Below are positions 29,044 to 39,105 of a stretch of 40,759 nucleotides of DNA, in pieces (position 1 is the stretch's first letter; each line of letters begins with the position of its first letter). The translations under genes were made by a program, and so were the position numbers. Source of the stretch: Steroidobacteraceae bacterium. GTDB taxonomy: Bacteria > Pseudomonadota > Gammaproteobacteria > Steroidobacterales > Steroidobacteraceae. The DNA is taken from the NCBI GenBank assembly GCA_049298915.1, contig JBAQWM010000339.1, forward strand, positions 1-40,759, in the 5' to 3' direction. The notes beneath the pieces are model-generated. The model made no database searches. It saw only the letters and a list, made by a program, of their open reading frames with translations, and was not told the DNA's origin.

Positions 29044-32000
29044 GTGGCAACACCAGGCAACATCGGCAGGACGGCACAGCGTCTGAGGCGACTTTGGCGC
29101 TGGGTAGCGGGAACAGCCGCTGCGCTCGCCCTGCTCGCGGCGCTGGCGGTCGGCGCATTCCGCCTGGCGATCGAATTGCTGCCCGGCTACCAGCAGCAGA
29201 TTGCCGAGCAGATCCGCGCGGCGACCGGACTCAGGCTGGAATTCGATTCGCTGAATGCGCGCATCGGCCGCTATGGACCCGAAGTCAACTTCAATGGCGC
29301 GCGCGTGCTGCCGGCCAGCGGTGACCAGCCGCTGGTCAGCGCCGAGTCGGGCCGTGTAAGTCTCGCGATCGGCCGCTCGCTGTGGTACCGCCGAATCGAG
29401 GTCGGAAGAGTCGTGCTGGTCCGGCCGCGACTGCACTTCGTGATCCACACCGATGGGAGCATCGAACTGATCGGCCAGGCTGCGATCGAACCGAAGCCCG
29501 GTGTCGAGCGCGGGCCGATGACACTCGCGCGTCTGCCGCGCGGGCTGTTCGCGGTTCGCGACGCGACGCTCGATGTACTCGATCTGCGCGCCAGTCAGGG
29601 GCGGTTCGAATTGACCGGCGCGGACCTGGAGTTCGAGCGCAGGGGACGGGATCTCGCTCTGGTCGGACAGGTCGAGTTGCCGGAGCACCTCGGCTCGGTA
29701 CTCGAGTTCAACGCCGACCTGGACGGCGATCTTGAGGAGACGGATTCGATCGATTGGCGTGTGCGGATTGACGCAAAGAACCTGGATTTCGAGCAGTGGG
29801 CGGCTCTGCTGCCCAGCAGTTTTGTGGTTCCCGCCGGTGGCCGTGGCTCGCTGCGGGTATCGGCGCGCGGCGTCGGACGCGGATTTTCCAGCCTGCGGTT
29901 GCGCGCGGAGCTCAGCGATCTGCGCCTGCCGGGCGGCGGGGCCGAATTCAGGCGCGTGGCCGGTGAAATTCGGCTGTTACGCGAATCAGACGGCTTGTCC
30001 TTCGAAGGTGCGGGCCTCGAGCTGTCACGCGTGGGTGCGCCCTGGCGGCCGACCAGGGTATCCGGGACCCTGAAAAGGCATGATGGGCGCGTCATTGCGC
30101 TCACGGCGCGTGCGGATTATCTGCGGCTCGAGAATCTCGCGGCACTTTCCTCGCTGCTTCCGGCAGCGCCGCTGCGCGAGATGCTGGAGGCGCTGGCGCC
30201 GCGCGGCGAACTGTTCGGCCTCGATGCCGCCGTGACCGGTCTCGGCGCGGGCCGGCTGCCCGATATCAACGGCCAGGTGCGGTTTTCGGACATCGGCATC
30301 GAGGCCTACGGCAAGGCGCCGGGACTACTGGGACTCGACGGCGTGATTGAAGGCCACGGAGCCGGCGGCGTCGTGCAACTGGCAACCCGCGACGCCGAGA
30401 TCCGCTGGCCTCTGCAATGGCGTGCGATTGCAGAGCTGCCGCGGGCCGACGGCAGGATCGAATGGAGCCGCTTTGGCGACGGCGCCCGGCTGTGGATCGA
30501 TGATGCCGTCATCGACAGCGGTCACGGCATCGCGCGCGGCAATATTCGACTGGTATTCCAGCCCGGACAGCTGCCACTGATGGACCTGAGCGCGAGTGTC
30601 GAGGACTTCGACGCGACCCAGGCCTGGCGCTATCTGCCGATCGCGCAGCTGAAGCCAAAGTCGCTGGGCTGGCTGGATGCCGCATTCCGCGGCGGCCGCC
30701 TGGTGGAAGGCTCAGTCAGGCAAACCGGCCCGACCCGCGGCTTTCCCTACCGCGAGGGTCAGGGCAGTTTCCGTGCCGAGGGGCGCGCGCAGGGATTGAC
30801 CCTTTTCTATGCGCCGGGCTGGCCGGAAATCCGCGGGCTCGACGTTGAATACAGCTTCGACGGTCCGGCGTTGCACGCGGTCGCGAACAGCGGCTCGATG
30901 GCCGGCATGACGATCGCCCGGGCCGAGGCCAGCAGTGCGGATTATCGCGATGCGATCCTGGCGCTGAACGCGACGGTGAGTGGTGACGCGGGTCGCGCAA
31001 TCCGCTTGCTGCAGGACAGTCCGCTCGCGCCGGCGCTTGGAACGGGATTGAAGGATCTCAGCGGTTCGGGACCGCTGTCCAGCGAGCTCGCGATGTATCT
31101 GCCGCTGAAAGAACTGGATCGGCGGGTCGTAACGGTCATGACCACGCTCGATGGCGTCAAGCTGCAGCATCGCCAGCAGGCGGTCGAGGCCAGCGAACTG
31201 AAGGGCGTACTGTGGGTGCGCAACCGCGAGATCGATGCGCCGGCGCTGACCGGGCAGTTGCTGGGCGGGCCGTTACAGGTCTCCATCCGGACGACTGTCC
31301 AGGAGAATGGTGGTCTCAGCACCCAGCTGAATGGGCAGGGCCGGGTGGCGGCCGGGCCGCTCAGACCGGTTGCGCACCTGCCGGTCAATGCAGGATTGTC
31401 CGGGTCGGCGGACTGGCGCGGGTTCCTGACGGTCGAGCGCGACGCCGACGCGACGGTTCCGGCACGCGGCACGCTCCGTTTCAGCAGCGACCTGCGTGGA
31501 CTTGCGTCGAAGCTGCCTGCGCCATTTTCGAAATCGGCTGATGCGGCGCGCCCGCTGACGGTCACCGCAATCTTCGGCGGTGCTGACGGGCTGCGGATCC
31601 AGGCACAGCTCGGGCGCGATGTGCATGCCCTGCTGCAGTGGCGGCAGAACCCGGAGGATCCTCCGATCGAGCGCGGCGTCCTCTCATTCGGCAGCAGCGC
31701 GCCGACGGCACTGCCGCGTTCCCCGGGGCTGTGGCTTGCAGGCCGGCTCGAGTCGGCAAGCATCTCGGATCTGCTCGCATTGAAATGGGACCAGCCCCGC
31801 GGGCGTCCGTTGCACGAATTGCTGGGCGGAGCCGACCTGTCGATCCAGCGCCTGGAAGTACTGGGTTACGAGTTCGCCAATGCGAATGGCCGCATGCGAC
31901 CCGGCAATCGCGCATGGGAAATCGATGTGGATTCGGAGCGCGCAAGCGGCCACCTGACGGTGCCACACACGTTTCCGGGCGAAGTGCCGATGGTCCTGGA

Positions 32001-32940
32001 TTTCGATCGCCTGCATTTCGGCGCATCGGTGCGCAGCGAAGGGAGCGAGCCGGATCCGCGCCAGCTGCCGGCGATCCGCGTCGATATCCGCGATCTCCTG
32101 TTCGATGGCCGTCAATACGGCCACCTGCAGGCCGAGCTGGCGCGCGGCACGGCGGGCATGACGCTCAATCAATTCACGATCCAGCACGCGGCATTTACCG
32201 CCAAGGGGCGCGGCAGCTGGCTGGTGCGCAATTCCGGCGCCGAGTGCCGGCTCGAATTCGAGGCGGATAGCAGCAATGTGCTCGCATTCATGAATGCGAT
32301 GCAGCTTGGCTCGCTGATCAGCGGCCGTCATGGCCGCATCTCGGCGAATCTGAGCTGGCCGGGTCCACCGGAATCGAGCGCGATCGGGCGGCTTTCCGGC
32401 AGGCTCGAGATGGCGGCGGAGGACGGGCGCCTGACCTCGGTCGAGCCCGGCGCCGGCCGGGTGCTCGGCCTGATGAGTCTTGCGCACCTGCCACGCCGGA
32501 TGGCGCTTGATTTCGGCGACCTGACCGGCGAGGGCCTGTCATTCGACACACTGCGCGGGACATTTCAGCTGACCGATGGCGAGGCCTACACCGACAATCT
32601 GACGCTGCGTGGCTCAGCCGCGGAAATCGGCCTGGCAGGGCGCACCAATCTCCGCGCGGGGACCTACGACCAGACCGCGGTCGTCACCGGCCAGCTCGGC
32701 GCGTCACTGGGAGTAGCGGGTGCGCTGGCCGGCGGCCCCGCAATCGGCGCAGCGCTCCTGCTGTTCTCCCGGATCTTCAAGGAGCCGCTCGCAGGCGCCA
32801 CCCGGGGTTACTATCGCATCACCGGCAGCTGGGACGATCCGCAGGTGCGCCGAATCGACGCGCGCGAGATGAAAGATGCACAGCAGGTCGCCACGCCCCC
32901 GCGCGCAGACGACTCGGGCAGCGCGCAGGAAGCGCAATGA
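29044..32940 (+). CDS. yhdP: YhdP-family (AsmA-like) envelope protein
   Basis: The 1298-aa protein has a single N-terminal TM helix and a long beta-rich body. Position directly after maf-rng matches E. coli. The start is GTG. Confidence 0.85.
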   Translation: MATPGNIGRTAQRLRRLWRWVAGTAAALALLAALAVGAFRLAIELLPGYQQQIAEQIRAATGLRLEFDSLNARIGRYGPEVNFNGARVLPASGDQPLVSAESGRVSLAIGRSLWYRRIEVGRVVLVRPRLHFVIHTDGSIELIGQAAIEPKPGVERGPMTLARLPRGLFAVRDATLDVLDLRASQGRFELTGADLEFERRGRDLALVGQVELPEHLGSVLEFNADLDGDLEETDSIDWRVRIDAKNLDFEQWAALLPSSFVVPAGGRGSLRVSARGVGRGFSSLRLRAELSDLRLPGGGAEFRRVAGEIRLLRESDGLSFEGAGLELSRVGAPWRPTRVSGTLKRHDGRVIALTARADYLRLENLAALSSLLPAAPLREMLEALAPRGELFGLDAAVTGLGAGRLPDINGQVRFSDIGIEAYGKAPGLLGLDGVIEGHGAGGVVQLATRDAEIRWPLQWRAIAELPRADGRIEWSRFGDGARLWIDDAVIDSGHGIARGNIRLVFQPGQLPLMDLSASVEDFDATQAWRYLPIAQLKPKSLGWLDAAFRGGRLVEGSVRQTGPTRGFPYREGQGSFRAEGRAQGLTLFYAPGWPEIRGLDVEYSFDGPALHAVANSGSMAGMTIARAEASSADYRDAILALNATVSGDAGRAIRLLQDSPLAPALGTGLKDLSGSGPLSSELAMYLPLKELDRRVVTVMTTLDGVKLQHRQQAVEASELKGVLWVRNREIDAPALTGQLLGGPLQVSIRTTVQENGGLSTQLNGQGRVAAGPLRPVAHLPVNAGLSGSADWRGFLTVERDADATVPARGTLRFSSDLRGLASKLPAPFSKSADAARPLTVTAIFGGADGLRIQAQLGRDVHALLQWRQNPEDPPIERGVLSFGSSAPTALPRSPGLWLAGRLESASISDLLALKWDQPRGRPLHELLGGADLSIQRLEVLGYEFANANGRMRPGNRAWEIDVDSERASGHLTVPHTFPGEVPMVLDFDRLHFGASVRSEGSEPDPRQLPAIRVDIRDLLFDGRQYGHLQAELARGTAGMTLNQFTIQHAAFTAKGRGSWLVRNSGAECRLEFEADSSNVLAFMNAMQLGSLISGRHGRISANLSWPGPPESSAIGRLSGRLEMAAEDGRLTSVEPGAGRVLGLMSLAHLPRRMALDFGDLTGEGLSFDTLRGTFQLTDGEAYTDNLTLRGSAAEIGLAGRTNLRAGTYDQTAVVTGQLGASLGVAGALAGGPAIGAALLLFSRIFKEPLAGATRGYYRITGSWDDPQVRRIDAREMKDAQQVATPPRADDSGSAQEAQ

Positions 32941-33755
32941 TCCAGCCAGTCGTCGCCGCGCTGCAGATGACCTCGGTTGCGGATGTCGGCAGGAACCTCG
33001 AAACCGCGCGGCGCCTGCTGGAGAAGGCGCGCGCCGGCGGCGCCTGCCTGGCGGTGCTGCCCGAGAATTTCTCCTTCATGGGACGCACCGAGGCGGAGCG
33101 GCGCGAGGTCGTCGAGAGCGATGGCGACGGCCCGGTGCAGAGGGCGGTCGCGGCGGCTGCGCGCGAACTCGGGATGTGGGTCGTTGCCGGCACGCAGCCG
33201 GTCGCCGTGCCCGGCGAGGCGCGCCCTGCCAATGCCTGCATCGTCTACGATGCCGGTGGCCGCCGCGTCGCGCGCTACGACAAGATCCACTTGTTCGACG
33301 TCGACCTGCCGGACGGCCGGGAGGGTTACAGGGAATCGAAGAATGCAGTCCCGGGGGCGCAGACCGTGACGGTTGACACGCCTGCGGGCCGGCTTGGTCT
33401 GAGCGTGTGCTACGATCTGCGGTTTCCGGAATTGTACCGCCGTCTGGTCTCCGGGGGCGCAGAGATCTTCAGCGTGCCATCCGCATTCACCGGTCCGACC
33501 GGCCGCTCACATTGGGAAATCCTGCTGCGCGCGCGGGCGATCGAGGATCTTTCGTTCGTGATCGCCGCGGCGCAGACCGGTATCCACGACAGTGGCCGCG
33601 AAACCTATGGTGACAGTCTGATCGTCGATTATTGGGGCCGCGTGCTGCAGCGCCAGCCGCGCGGCAGCGGCGTGGTGCTCGCAGCGCTCGACCGCGAGCA
33701 CCAGGCGGCGACGCGTGCGGGCTTTCCGGTGCTCGACCACCGGGTGCTCGGATGA
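32937..33755 (+). CDS. Carbon-nitrogen hydrolase (nitrilase superfamily)
   Basis: Catalytic Glu/Lys/Cys contexts are present ([26 protein letters not shown]). Length is 272 aa. There are ATGA overlaps on both sides. Confidence 0.88.
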   Translation: MIQPVVAALQMTSVADVGRNLETARRLLEKARAGGACLAVLPENFSFMGRTEAERREVVESDGDGPVQRAVAAAARELGMWVVAGTQPVAVPGEARPANACIVYDAGGRRVARYDKIHLFDVDLPDGREGYRESKNAVPGAQTVTVDTPAGRLGLSVCYDLRFPELYRRLVSGGAEIFSVPSAFTGPTGRSHWEILLRARAIEDLSFVIAAAQTGIHDSGRETYGDSLIVDYWGRVLQRQPRGSGVVLAALDREHQAATRAGFPVLDHRVLG

Positions 33756-35194
33756 GCGCGCATGCGCTCGAGCGCGCGCGCGAACTGATCCTCGCACCGT
33801 CGGGTCTGGACGAGGGCCGTCTCGAACAGGCTCTCGGATCGCTGCTCGGCGCGGCGGTCGACTCGGGCGATCTCTATTTCCAGCTTGCGCGTGAGGAACA
33901 CTGGTCACTGGAGGACGGGATCGTCAAGGATGGGAGCTACGGCATCGAACAGGGTGTCGGCGTGCGCGCAATGGCTGGCGAACGCACCGGCTTTGCCTAT
34001 TCCGATGAAGTCGTGCCGGCCTCCCTGCTGGCAGCCGCGCGTGCTGCGCGGGCGATTGCCCGTGAGGGCGGCAGCGGCCGGGTGCAGGCCTGGAAGTCCT
34101 GCGCGTCGCACCAGCTCTACCTGCCCGATGACCCGATCACCTCTCTGGCTGACGGCGACAAGGTCGCGCTGCTGATGCAGCTGGATCGCAATGCCCGCGC
34201 ACTGGATCCCCGTGTCAGGCAGGTCGTCGCGAGTCTTGCCGCCGTTCACGAGGTCATACTCGTGGCCGCCAGCGATGGAACGCTGGCCGCCGATGTGCGA
34301 CCGCTGGTGCGAATGAATATTTCGGTCATCGTCGAGCAGGAGGGTCGCCGCGAGCAAGGCTACGCTGGCTGCGGCGGGCGTTATTCGCTCGAGGAATTCG
34401 TCGCGGGTGATCGTCCCATGCAGCTCGCCCGCGAAGCCGTGCGACAGGCGACCGTCAATCTCGATGCGGTGCCCGCGCCGGCCGGAACGATGACCGTAGT
34501 GCTCGGCCCGGGCTGGCCCGGCGTGCTGCTGCACGAGGCAATCGGTCATGGGCTGGAGGGCGATTTCAACCGCCGTGGTACCTCGGCGTTTTCAGGCCGC
34601 ATCGGCGAACAGGTGGCATCAAAGCTGTGCACGGTCGTCGATGACGGTACGCTCCCCGGCAGGCGCGGCTCGCTGAATATCGACGATGAGGGGACGGCCA
34701 CGACCTGCACGACGCTGATTGAGAATGGCGTGCTGAAGGGCTACCTGCAGGACCGGCTCAATGCACGGCTGATGGGCGCGCAACCGACCGGCAACGGCCG
34801 ACGCGAGTCATTCGCCCACGCGACGCTGCCGCGCATGACGAATACCTACATGCTGCCGGGGCCGCACGATCCGCAGGAAATAATCCGCTCGGTGCAGCAC
34901 GGCCTGTATGCGGTCAATTTCGGCGGCGGCCAGGTCGACATCACGTCTGGAAAATTCGTGTTTTCGGCAAGTGAGGCCTACCTGATCAGGGACGGCCGGA
35001 TCGCCGCACCGGTCAAGGGCGCGACATTGATCGGAAACGGTCCGGATGTCCTGACCCGTGTCAGCATGGTCGGCAATGATCTCGCGCTCGACGACGGTAT
35101 CGGCAGTTGCGGCAAGGACGGTCAGACCGTGCCGGTCGGCGTCGGTCAGCCCACGCTGCGGATCGATGGGCTGACTGTCGGCGGCACTGCCTGA
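33752..35194 (+). CDS. tldD: Metalloprotease TldD
   Basis: This is the last 480 codons of the 520-aa track ORF. The TldD N-terminus ([20 protein letters not shown]) and the HExxxH motif ([10 protein letters not shown]) are present. The upstream part of the ORF overlaps the nitrilase gene. Confidence 0.93.
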   Translation: MSAHALERARELILAPSGLDEGRLEQALGSLLGAAVDSGDLYFQLAREEHWSLEDGIVKDGSYGIEQGVGVRAMAGERTGFAYSDEVVPASLLAAARAARAIAREGGSGRVQAWKSCASHQLYLPDDPITSLADGDKVALLMQLDRNARALDPRVRQVVASLAAVHEVILVAASDGTLAADVRPLVRMNISVIVEQEGRREQGYAGCGGRYSLEEFVAGDRPMQLAREAVRQATVNLDAVPAPAGTMTVVLGPGWPGVLLHEAIGHGLEGDFNRRGTSAFSGRIGEQVASKLCTVVDDGTLPGRRGSLNIDDEGTATTCTTLIENGVLKGYLQDRLNARLMGAQPTGNGRRESFAHATLPRMTNTYMLPGPHDPQEIIRSVQHGLYAVNFGGGQVDITSGKFVFSASEAYLIRDGRIAAPVKGATLIGNGPDVLTRVSMVGNDLALDDGIGSCGKDGQTVPVGVGQPTLRIDGLTVGGTA

Positions 35195-35205
35195 AGGAGG
35201 CGCTG

Positions 35206-35430
35206 ATGCGCCTGTCGCGTCTGGTCTACGAAACACTGCCCTATGTCTACATGCTGGTCGGCGTCGGCGCCTGCGCCGGCTCGTTCCTGTGGCGCACCGA
35301 AGGCTGGGCCGATCTGGTGGCTGCATCTGGCCTGCTGGTACTGGTCGCCGGGCTGGTGCTGGCGCTGCGACGCCGCGACTATCGCATCCAGGCGCGCCGT
35401 TACGGCGCCGCATTCGAAGACGACGACTGA
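35206..35430 (+). CDS. Small predicted two-TM membrane protein (74 aa), function unknown
   Basis: AAGGAGG lies 5 nt upstream of ATG 35206. Two hydrophobic segments (LPYVYMLVGVGACAGSFLW and LVAASGLLVLVAGLVLAL) are followed by a charged tail. Codon usage looks like that of the neighbouring genes. Confidence 0.6.
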   Translation: MRLSRLVYETLPYVYMLVGVGACAGSFLWRTEGWADLVAASGLLVLVAGLVLALRRRDYRIQARRYGAAFEDDD

Positions 35431-36525
35431 TCAGTCCGCATTGACGCCGGCGAGGCGTCTGATCACGGCCGCAGCACGATCACATTCCCGGCGTGTGGCA
35501 CATACCTGGGTCAGATGGCCGAGCTTGCGACCCGGTCGCGCGGATTTTCCGTAATCGTGCCAGTGCACGCCGGGCAGCCGCAGCAAGCTCGGTGCCGGCG
35601 GCAGCCTGCCGATCAAATTCCGCATGACCACATGACCGCGCGGGCGCGTGCTGCCGAGCGGCAGGCCGGCGATGGCGCGGACGTGATTCTCGAACTGGCT
35701 GGTTTCCGCGCCTTCGATGGTCCAGTGCCCGGAATTGTGGACCCGCGGCGCCATCTCGTTCGCGATCAGCCGCCCGCGCTCGATGAAGAATTCGACGCAC
35801 AGGACGCCAACGTAGTTCAGCGCCTGCAGCAACCGGCGCAGGTGGCGCTCCGCGCTGCGCTGCAGGGGAGCATTGCGAAATGGCGCGCGGGTCTCGGCCA
35901 GGATGCCGTGTTCATGCACATTCTCCGCCAGCGGGTAGAAAACCATGCGTCCGGCGTGGTCACGCGCCGCGATCAGCGAGACCTCGCGCGCGAAGGACAC
36001 GAAGCGTTCGTACACCAGCGCCTGGCCGCCGAGGCGCTTCCAGGCGCTTGCGGCATCGCCGGGCCGGCGCAGCAGGTACTGCCCTTTCCCGTCGTAGCCA
36101 AGACGCCGCGTCTTCAGGATTCCCGGGGCGCCGAGCCTGGCGACGGCTCTCGTCAGTCCGGGCAGATCGTCGACGGCGACGTGCGGCGCAACCGGAATGC
36201 CGAGCCGCTGGAACAGCTTTTTTTCGGAGATCCGGTCCTGTCCGATGGCAAGCGCCCGCGGCGGCGGCCAGACCGGCACGATCTGCACGACTGCGCGCAC
36301 CGACGCGACCGGCACATTCTCCCAGTCGAATGTCACGACGTCGACGGCCCGCGCGAAGCGCCTGAGCCTGCGCAGGTCGTCGAATGCGCCGGTCATGACC
36401 GGCGCCATCGAGCTGCCCGAAACATCGCGGCTGCAGTCATACATCGTGAAGCGCATTCCGAGCGGGATGCCCGAAAGTGCCATCATCCGGCCAAGCTGGC
36501 CGGCGCCGATGACGCCGATGTGCAT
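35431..36525 (-). CDS. purK: N5-carboxyaminoimidazole ribonucleotide synthase
   Basis: The ATP-grasp protein starts MHIGVIGAGQLGRMM. Length is 364 aa. It lies directly downstream of purE. Confidence 0.93.
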   Translation of the reverse strand: MHIGVIGAGQLGRMMALSGIPLGMRFTMYDCSRDVSGSSMAPVMTGAFDDLRRLRRFARAVDVVTFDWENVPVASVRAVVQIVPVWPPPRALAIGQDRISEKKLFQRLGIPVAPHVAVDDLPGLTRAVARLGAPGILKTRRLGYDGKGQYLLRRPGDAASAWKRLGGQALVYERFVSFAREVSLIAARDHAGRMVFYPLAENVHEHGILAETRAPFRNAPLQRSAERHLRRLLQALNYVGVLCVEFFIERGRLIANEMAPRVHNSGHWTIEGAETSQFENHVRAIAGLPLGSTRPRGHVVMRNLIGRLPPAPSLLRLPGVHWHDYGKSARPGRKLGHLTQVCATRRECDRAAAVIRRLAGVNAD

Positions 36526-36528
36526 GAC

Positions 36529-37020
36529 TCAGCCGCTGGAGGGGGCGGGCTTGGCCAGGACCTCGGCGGTCTGGCGCTCGCGGTAGCTGCGAAGTGCATC
36601 GAGCAGCGGCGCATGGCGGCCGGCCAGAATGGCGGTCGCAAGCAGCGCCGCATTCTTCGCGCCAGGCTCGCCGATGGCGACCGTCGCTACCGGAACGCCT
36701 GCCGGCATCTGTGCGATCGACAGCAGGGAATCCAGCCCATTCAGCGCCTTCGACTGGATCGGCACGCCGATGACCGGCAGCAAGGTCTTTGATGCCGTCA
36801 TGCCAGGCAGGTGAGCGGCGCCGCCGGCGCCCGCGATCAGCACCTCGATGCCGCGGGCCGCGGCGCCGGATGCGTATTCAAACAGCAGATCGGGCGTTCG
36901 ATGGGCGGAGACAATCCGCGTCTCGAATGGGACTGAAAGCGCCTTCAACAGCTCGGCGGCGTGCGACATGGTCTCCCAGTCGGACGACGAGCCCATGATG
37001 ATGCCGACCAGCGGTTTCAT
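36529..37020 (-). CDS. purE: N5-carboxyaminoimidazole ribonucleotide mutase
   Basis: [28 protein letters not shown] are PurE signatures. An in-frame stop immediately upstream fixes the start at 37020. Confidence 0.95.
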   Translation of the reverse strand: MKPLVGIIMGSSSDWETMSHAAELLKALSVPFETRIVSAHRTPDLLFEYASGAAARGIEVLIAGAGGAAHLPGMTASKTLLPVIGVPIQSKALNGLDSLLSIAQMPAGVPVATVAIGEPGAKNAALLATAILAGRHAPLLDALRSYRERQTAEVLAKPAPSSG

Positions 37021-37077
37021 CGCGGAAGTCTAGCATGTGGCCCGTCCGCGCCCCTGCGCCGGACCGGAACTGAAATA

Positions 37078-37112
37078 CCCCCGCGCCGACAGGGAGTAGT
37101 GCGGCGCGGGGG
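37078..37112 (-). terminator. Hairpin downstream of yjgA (probable intrinsic terminator)
   Basis: CCCCCGCGCCG (37078-37088) and CGGCGCGGGGG (37102-37112) are perfect 11-bp complements with a 13-nt loop. On the minus strand the hairpin is followed by TATTTCAGTT. Confidence 0.4.
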
Positions 37113-37231
37113 GATGCCCGAAATCAGGGGATGCTTGACACGTTGGGCAACGCGATCAGGCTAGCGAAGGCCTGAACAAGGTCCAAGAATGTACCGTCGC
37201 CGGAATGCGACAGATTTCACGGGCGGTGGCC

Positions 37232-37738
37232 TCAGCCGTCAATCACCTGGCGGACCCACCGGAACAATTCACGCTTCGCGGCAGCCGCTCGGTCACCCGC
37301 GCGCAGAGCGGCGGCGGCGCTCGCGAGGCGCACCAGCTCTGTGCGATCCGCGTGCGGAAACTCGGCGGCGAATTCGACGATGGCTGCCTGACCCTCGACC
37401 AGCAGCCGGTCGCGCCAGCGCTCGGCCCGCCTGAAGCGCATGGTCTCGAGGCGCGCGGTCGCGCTGACGGCTTCGAGTGCGGCGCGGATGGGCTCGGAAT
37501 CGATCTTGCGCAGCAGCTTGCCGATGAACAGTTTCTGGCGCACCAGCGCGGAGTGACTCGTGATACGACGGGCAAGTGCGATCGCGTCGCACAGTTTTTC
37601 CGGCAGGTCGAGACCGGCCACCAGCTCCTCGGGCACTTCCATCAGCTGCTGGACAAGGTCCTGCAGGTTCCGGGCCCGGCGTTTCAGTTCACCCTTGGTC
37701 GGGGGCGGTGGCTCCCCGGGCAGCTGGCGGCGACGCAT
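37232..37738 (-). CDS. yjgA: Ribosome-associated protein YjgA/DarP (DUF615)
   Basis: This is the last 168 codons of the 206-aa track ORF. It resembles E. coli YjgA (RQKLFIGKLLRKIDSEPIRAAL, WRDRLL). It is divergent from pmbA, as in E. coli. Confidence 0.85.
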   Translation of the reverse strand: MRRRQLPGEPPPPTKGELKRRARNLQDLVQQLMEVPEELVAGLDLPEKLCDAIALARRITSHSALVRQKLFIGKLLRKIDSEPIRAALEAVSATARLETMRFRRAERWRDRLLVEGQAAIVEFAAEFPHADRTELVRLASAAAALRAGDRAAAAKRELFRWVRQVIDG

Positions 37739-37761
37739 TGCGACGATGCTAGCATGCACAC

Positions 37762-39105
37762 ATGAACCTGCCGGTGACCCCCGATCCCGCCCAGCTTGAG
37801 CTCGAGAATGTCGTCGAACAGGCGCTTGCGCTTGCGCGCCGGCGGGGTGCAACCGCGGTCGAAGCCGGTGTTGCTGTCGGCTCCGGTCTCTCGGTCACCG
37901 TGCGGCTCGGTGAAGTAGAGACACTCGAATACCAGCGCGACCGCAGTCTGGGCGTGACCGTCTATGTCGGTCTTCGCAAGGGCTCGGCGAGCACGGCGAA
38001 TCTGACGCCCTCGGCGGTCGAGGAAACCGTCGTCAAGGCGCTGTCGATCGCGAGCTTCACGGCCGAGGATGAATACTCCGGCCTGCCGGACGCGCAATTC
38101 ATGGCCCGGGAGGTGCCGGATCTCGACCTCTGCCATCCCTGGGAAATCGACGCGCCGGCCGCGATCGAGCTTGCCAGGCAGTGCGAGGCGGCAGCCCTTG
38201 CAGTCGATCCGCGCATCCGCAATTCCGAGGGCGCCTCGATTTCGACCCACCGGAGGATGCGCGTGCTTGGCAACAGCCATGGCTTCATCGGCGGCTATCC
38301 CGCCACATCGCATTCGGTCAGTTGCGTCGTGCTGGGTCAGGTGAATGGCGACATGCAGCGCGACTACTGGTACACGGCGGCGCGCGACTGGAAGGGACTG
38401 GAGGATGTCGAGGAGGTCGGCCGCAGAGCGGCGCGACGCGCGCTCGGCCGACTGGGCGCCGGCAAGTTGCCGACCCGCCGGGCACCGGTGCTGTTCGCTC
38501 CCGACATGGCGCGCGGCCTGATCGGCCATCTCGTCGCTGCGGTCGGTGGTGGAGCCCAGTACCGGCGCAGCAGTTTTCTGCTGGACGCCGCCGGGCAGCA
38601 GATATTTCCGGCCGCAATTTCACTGCGCGAACGACCACACCTCCAGGGTGCGCTGGGATCGGCGCCATTCGACGGCGAAGGCGTAGCGACCCGTGACCGC
38701 GACCTGGTAGTCAACGGCGTGCTGACCGGCTACCTGCTGGATGCGTACTACGCGCGCAAGCTCGGACTTGTGACCACCGGCAATGCCGGTGGTGTCCACA
38801 ATCTGGTGGTCGAGGGCGACAGGCTGGATCAGGATGCGCTGCTGCGGAAGCTTGGCACCGGCCTGCTGGTGACCGAGATGATGGGGCAGGGTGTCAATCC
38901 GGTGACCGGCGACTATTCGCGCGGCGCAGCGGGATTCTGGGTCGTCAACGGGACTATCGAGCGCCCGGTGCACGAGATCACGGTCGCCGGCAATCTGCGC
39001 GACATGTACCAGGGCCTGGTCGCGCTGGGCGACGACCTGGACCGGCGCGGAGCCGTGCACTGTGGTTCGATATTGATCGAACAGATGACGATCGCGGGCG
39101 ACTAG
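37762..39105 (+). CDS. pmbA: Metalloprotease PmbA (TldE)
   Basis: This is a 447-aa PmbA/TldD-fold protein (GVTVYVG..GSAST, GNAGGVHNL, GDYSRGAAGFWV). It is divergent from yjgA. Confidence 0.92.
   Translation: MNLPVTPDPAQLELENVVEQALALARRRGATAVEAGVAVGSGLSVTVRLGEVETLEYQRDRSLGVTVYVGLRKGSASTANLTPSAVEETVVKALSIASFTAEDEYSGLPDAQFMAREVPDLDLCHPWEIDAPAAIELARQCEAAALAVDPRIRNSEGASISTHRRMRVLGNSHGFIGGYPATSHSVSCVVLGQVNGDMQRDYWYTAARDWKGLEDVEEVGRRAARRALGRLGAGKLPTRRAPVLFAPDMARGLIGHLVAAVGGGAQYRRSSFLLDAAGQQIFPAAISLRERPHLQGALGSAPFDGEGVATRDRDLVVNGVLTGYLLDAYYARKLGLVTTGNAGGVHNLVVEGDRLDQDALLRKLGTGLLVTEMMGQGVNPVTGDYSRGAAGFWVVNGTIERPVHEITVAGNLRDMYQGLVALGDDLDRRGAVHCGSILIEQMTIAGD

Noticed and set aside
37135-37152. A perfect TTGACA on the plus strand (37135-37140) and the adjacent CGTTG-GG-CAACG repeat, considered as a promoter or PurR box.
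   Set aside because: No acceptable -10 hexamer follows at 16-18 bp, and no plus-strand gene lies downstream. The inverted repeat has the opposite half-site orientation to the PurR consensus (ACGCAAAC-GTTTGCGT).
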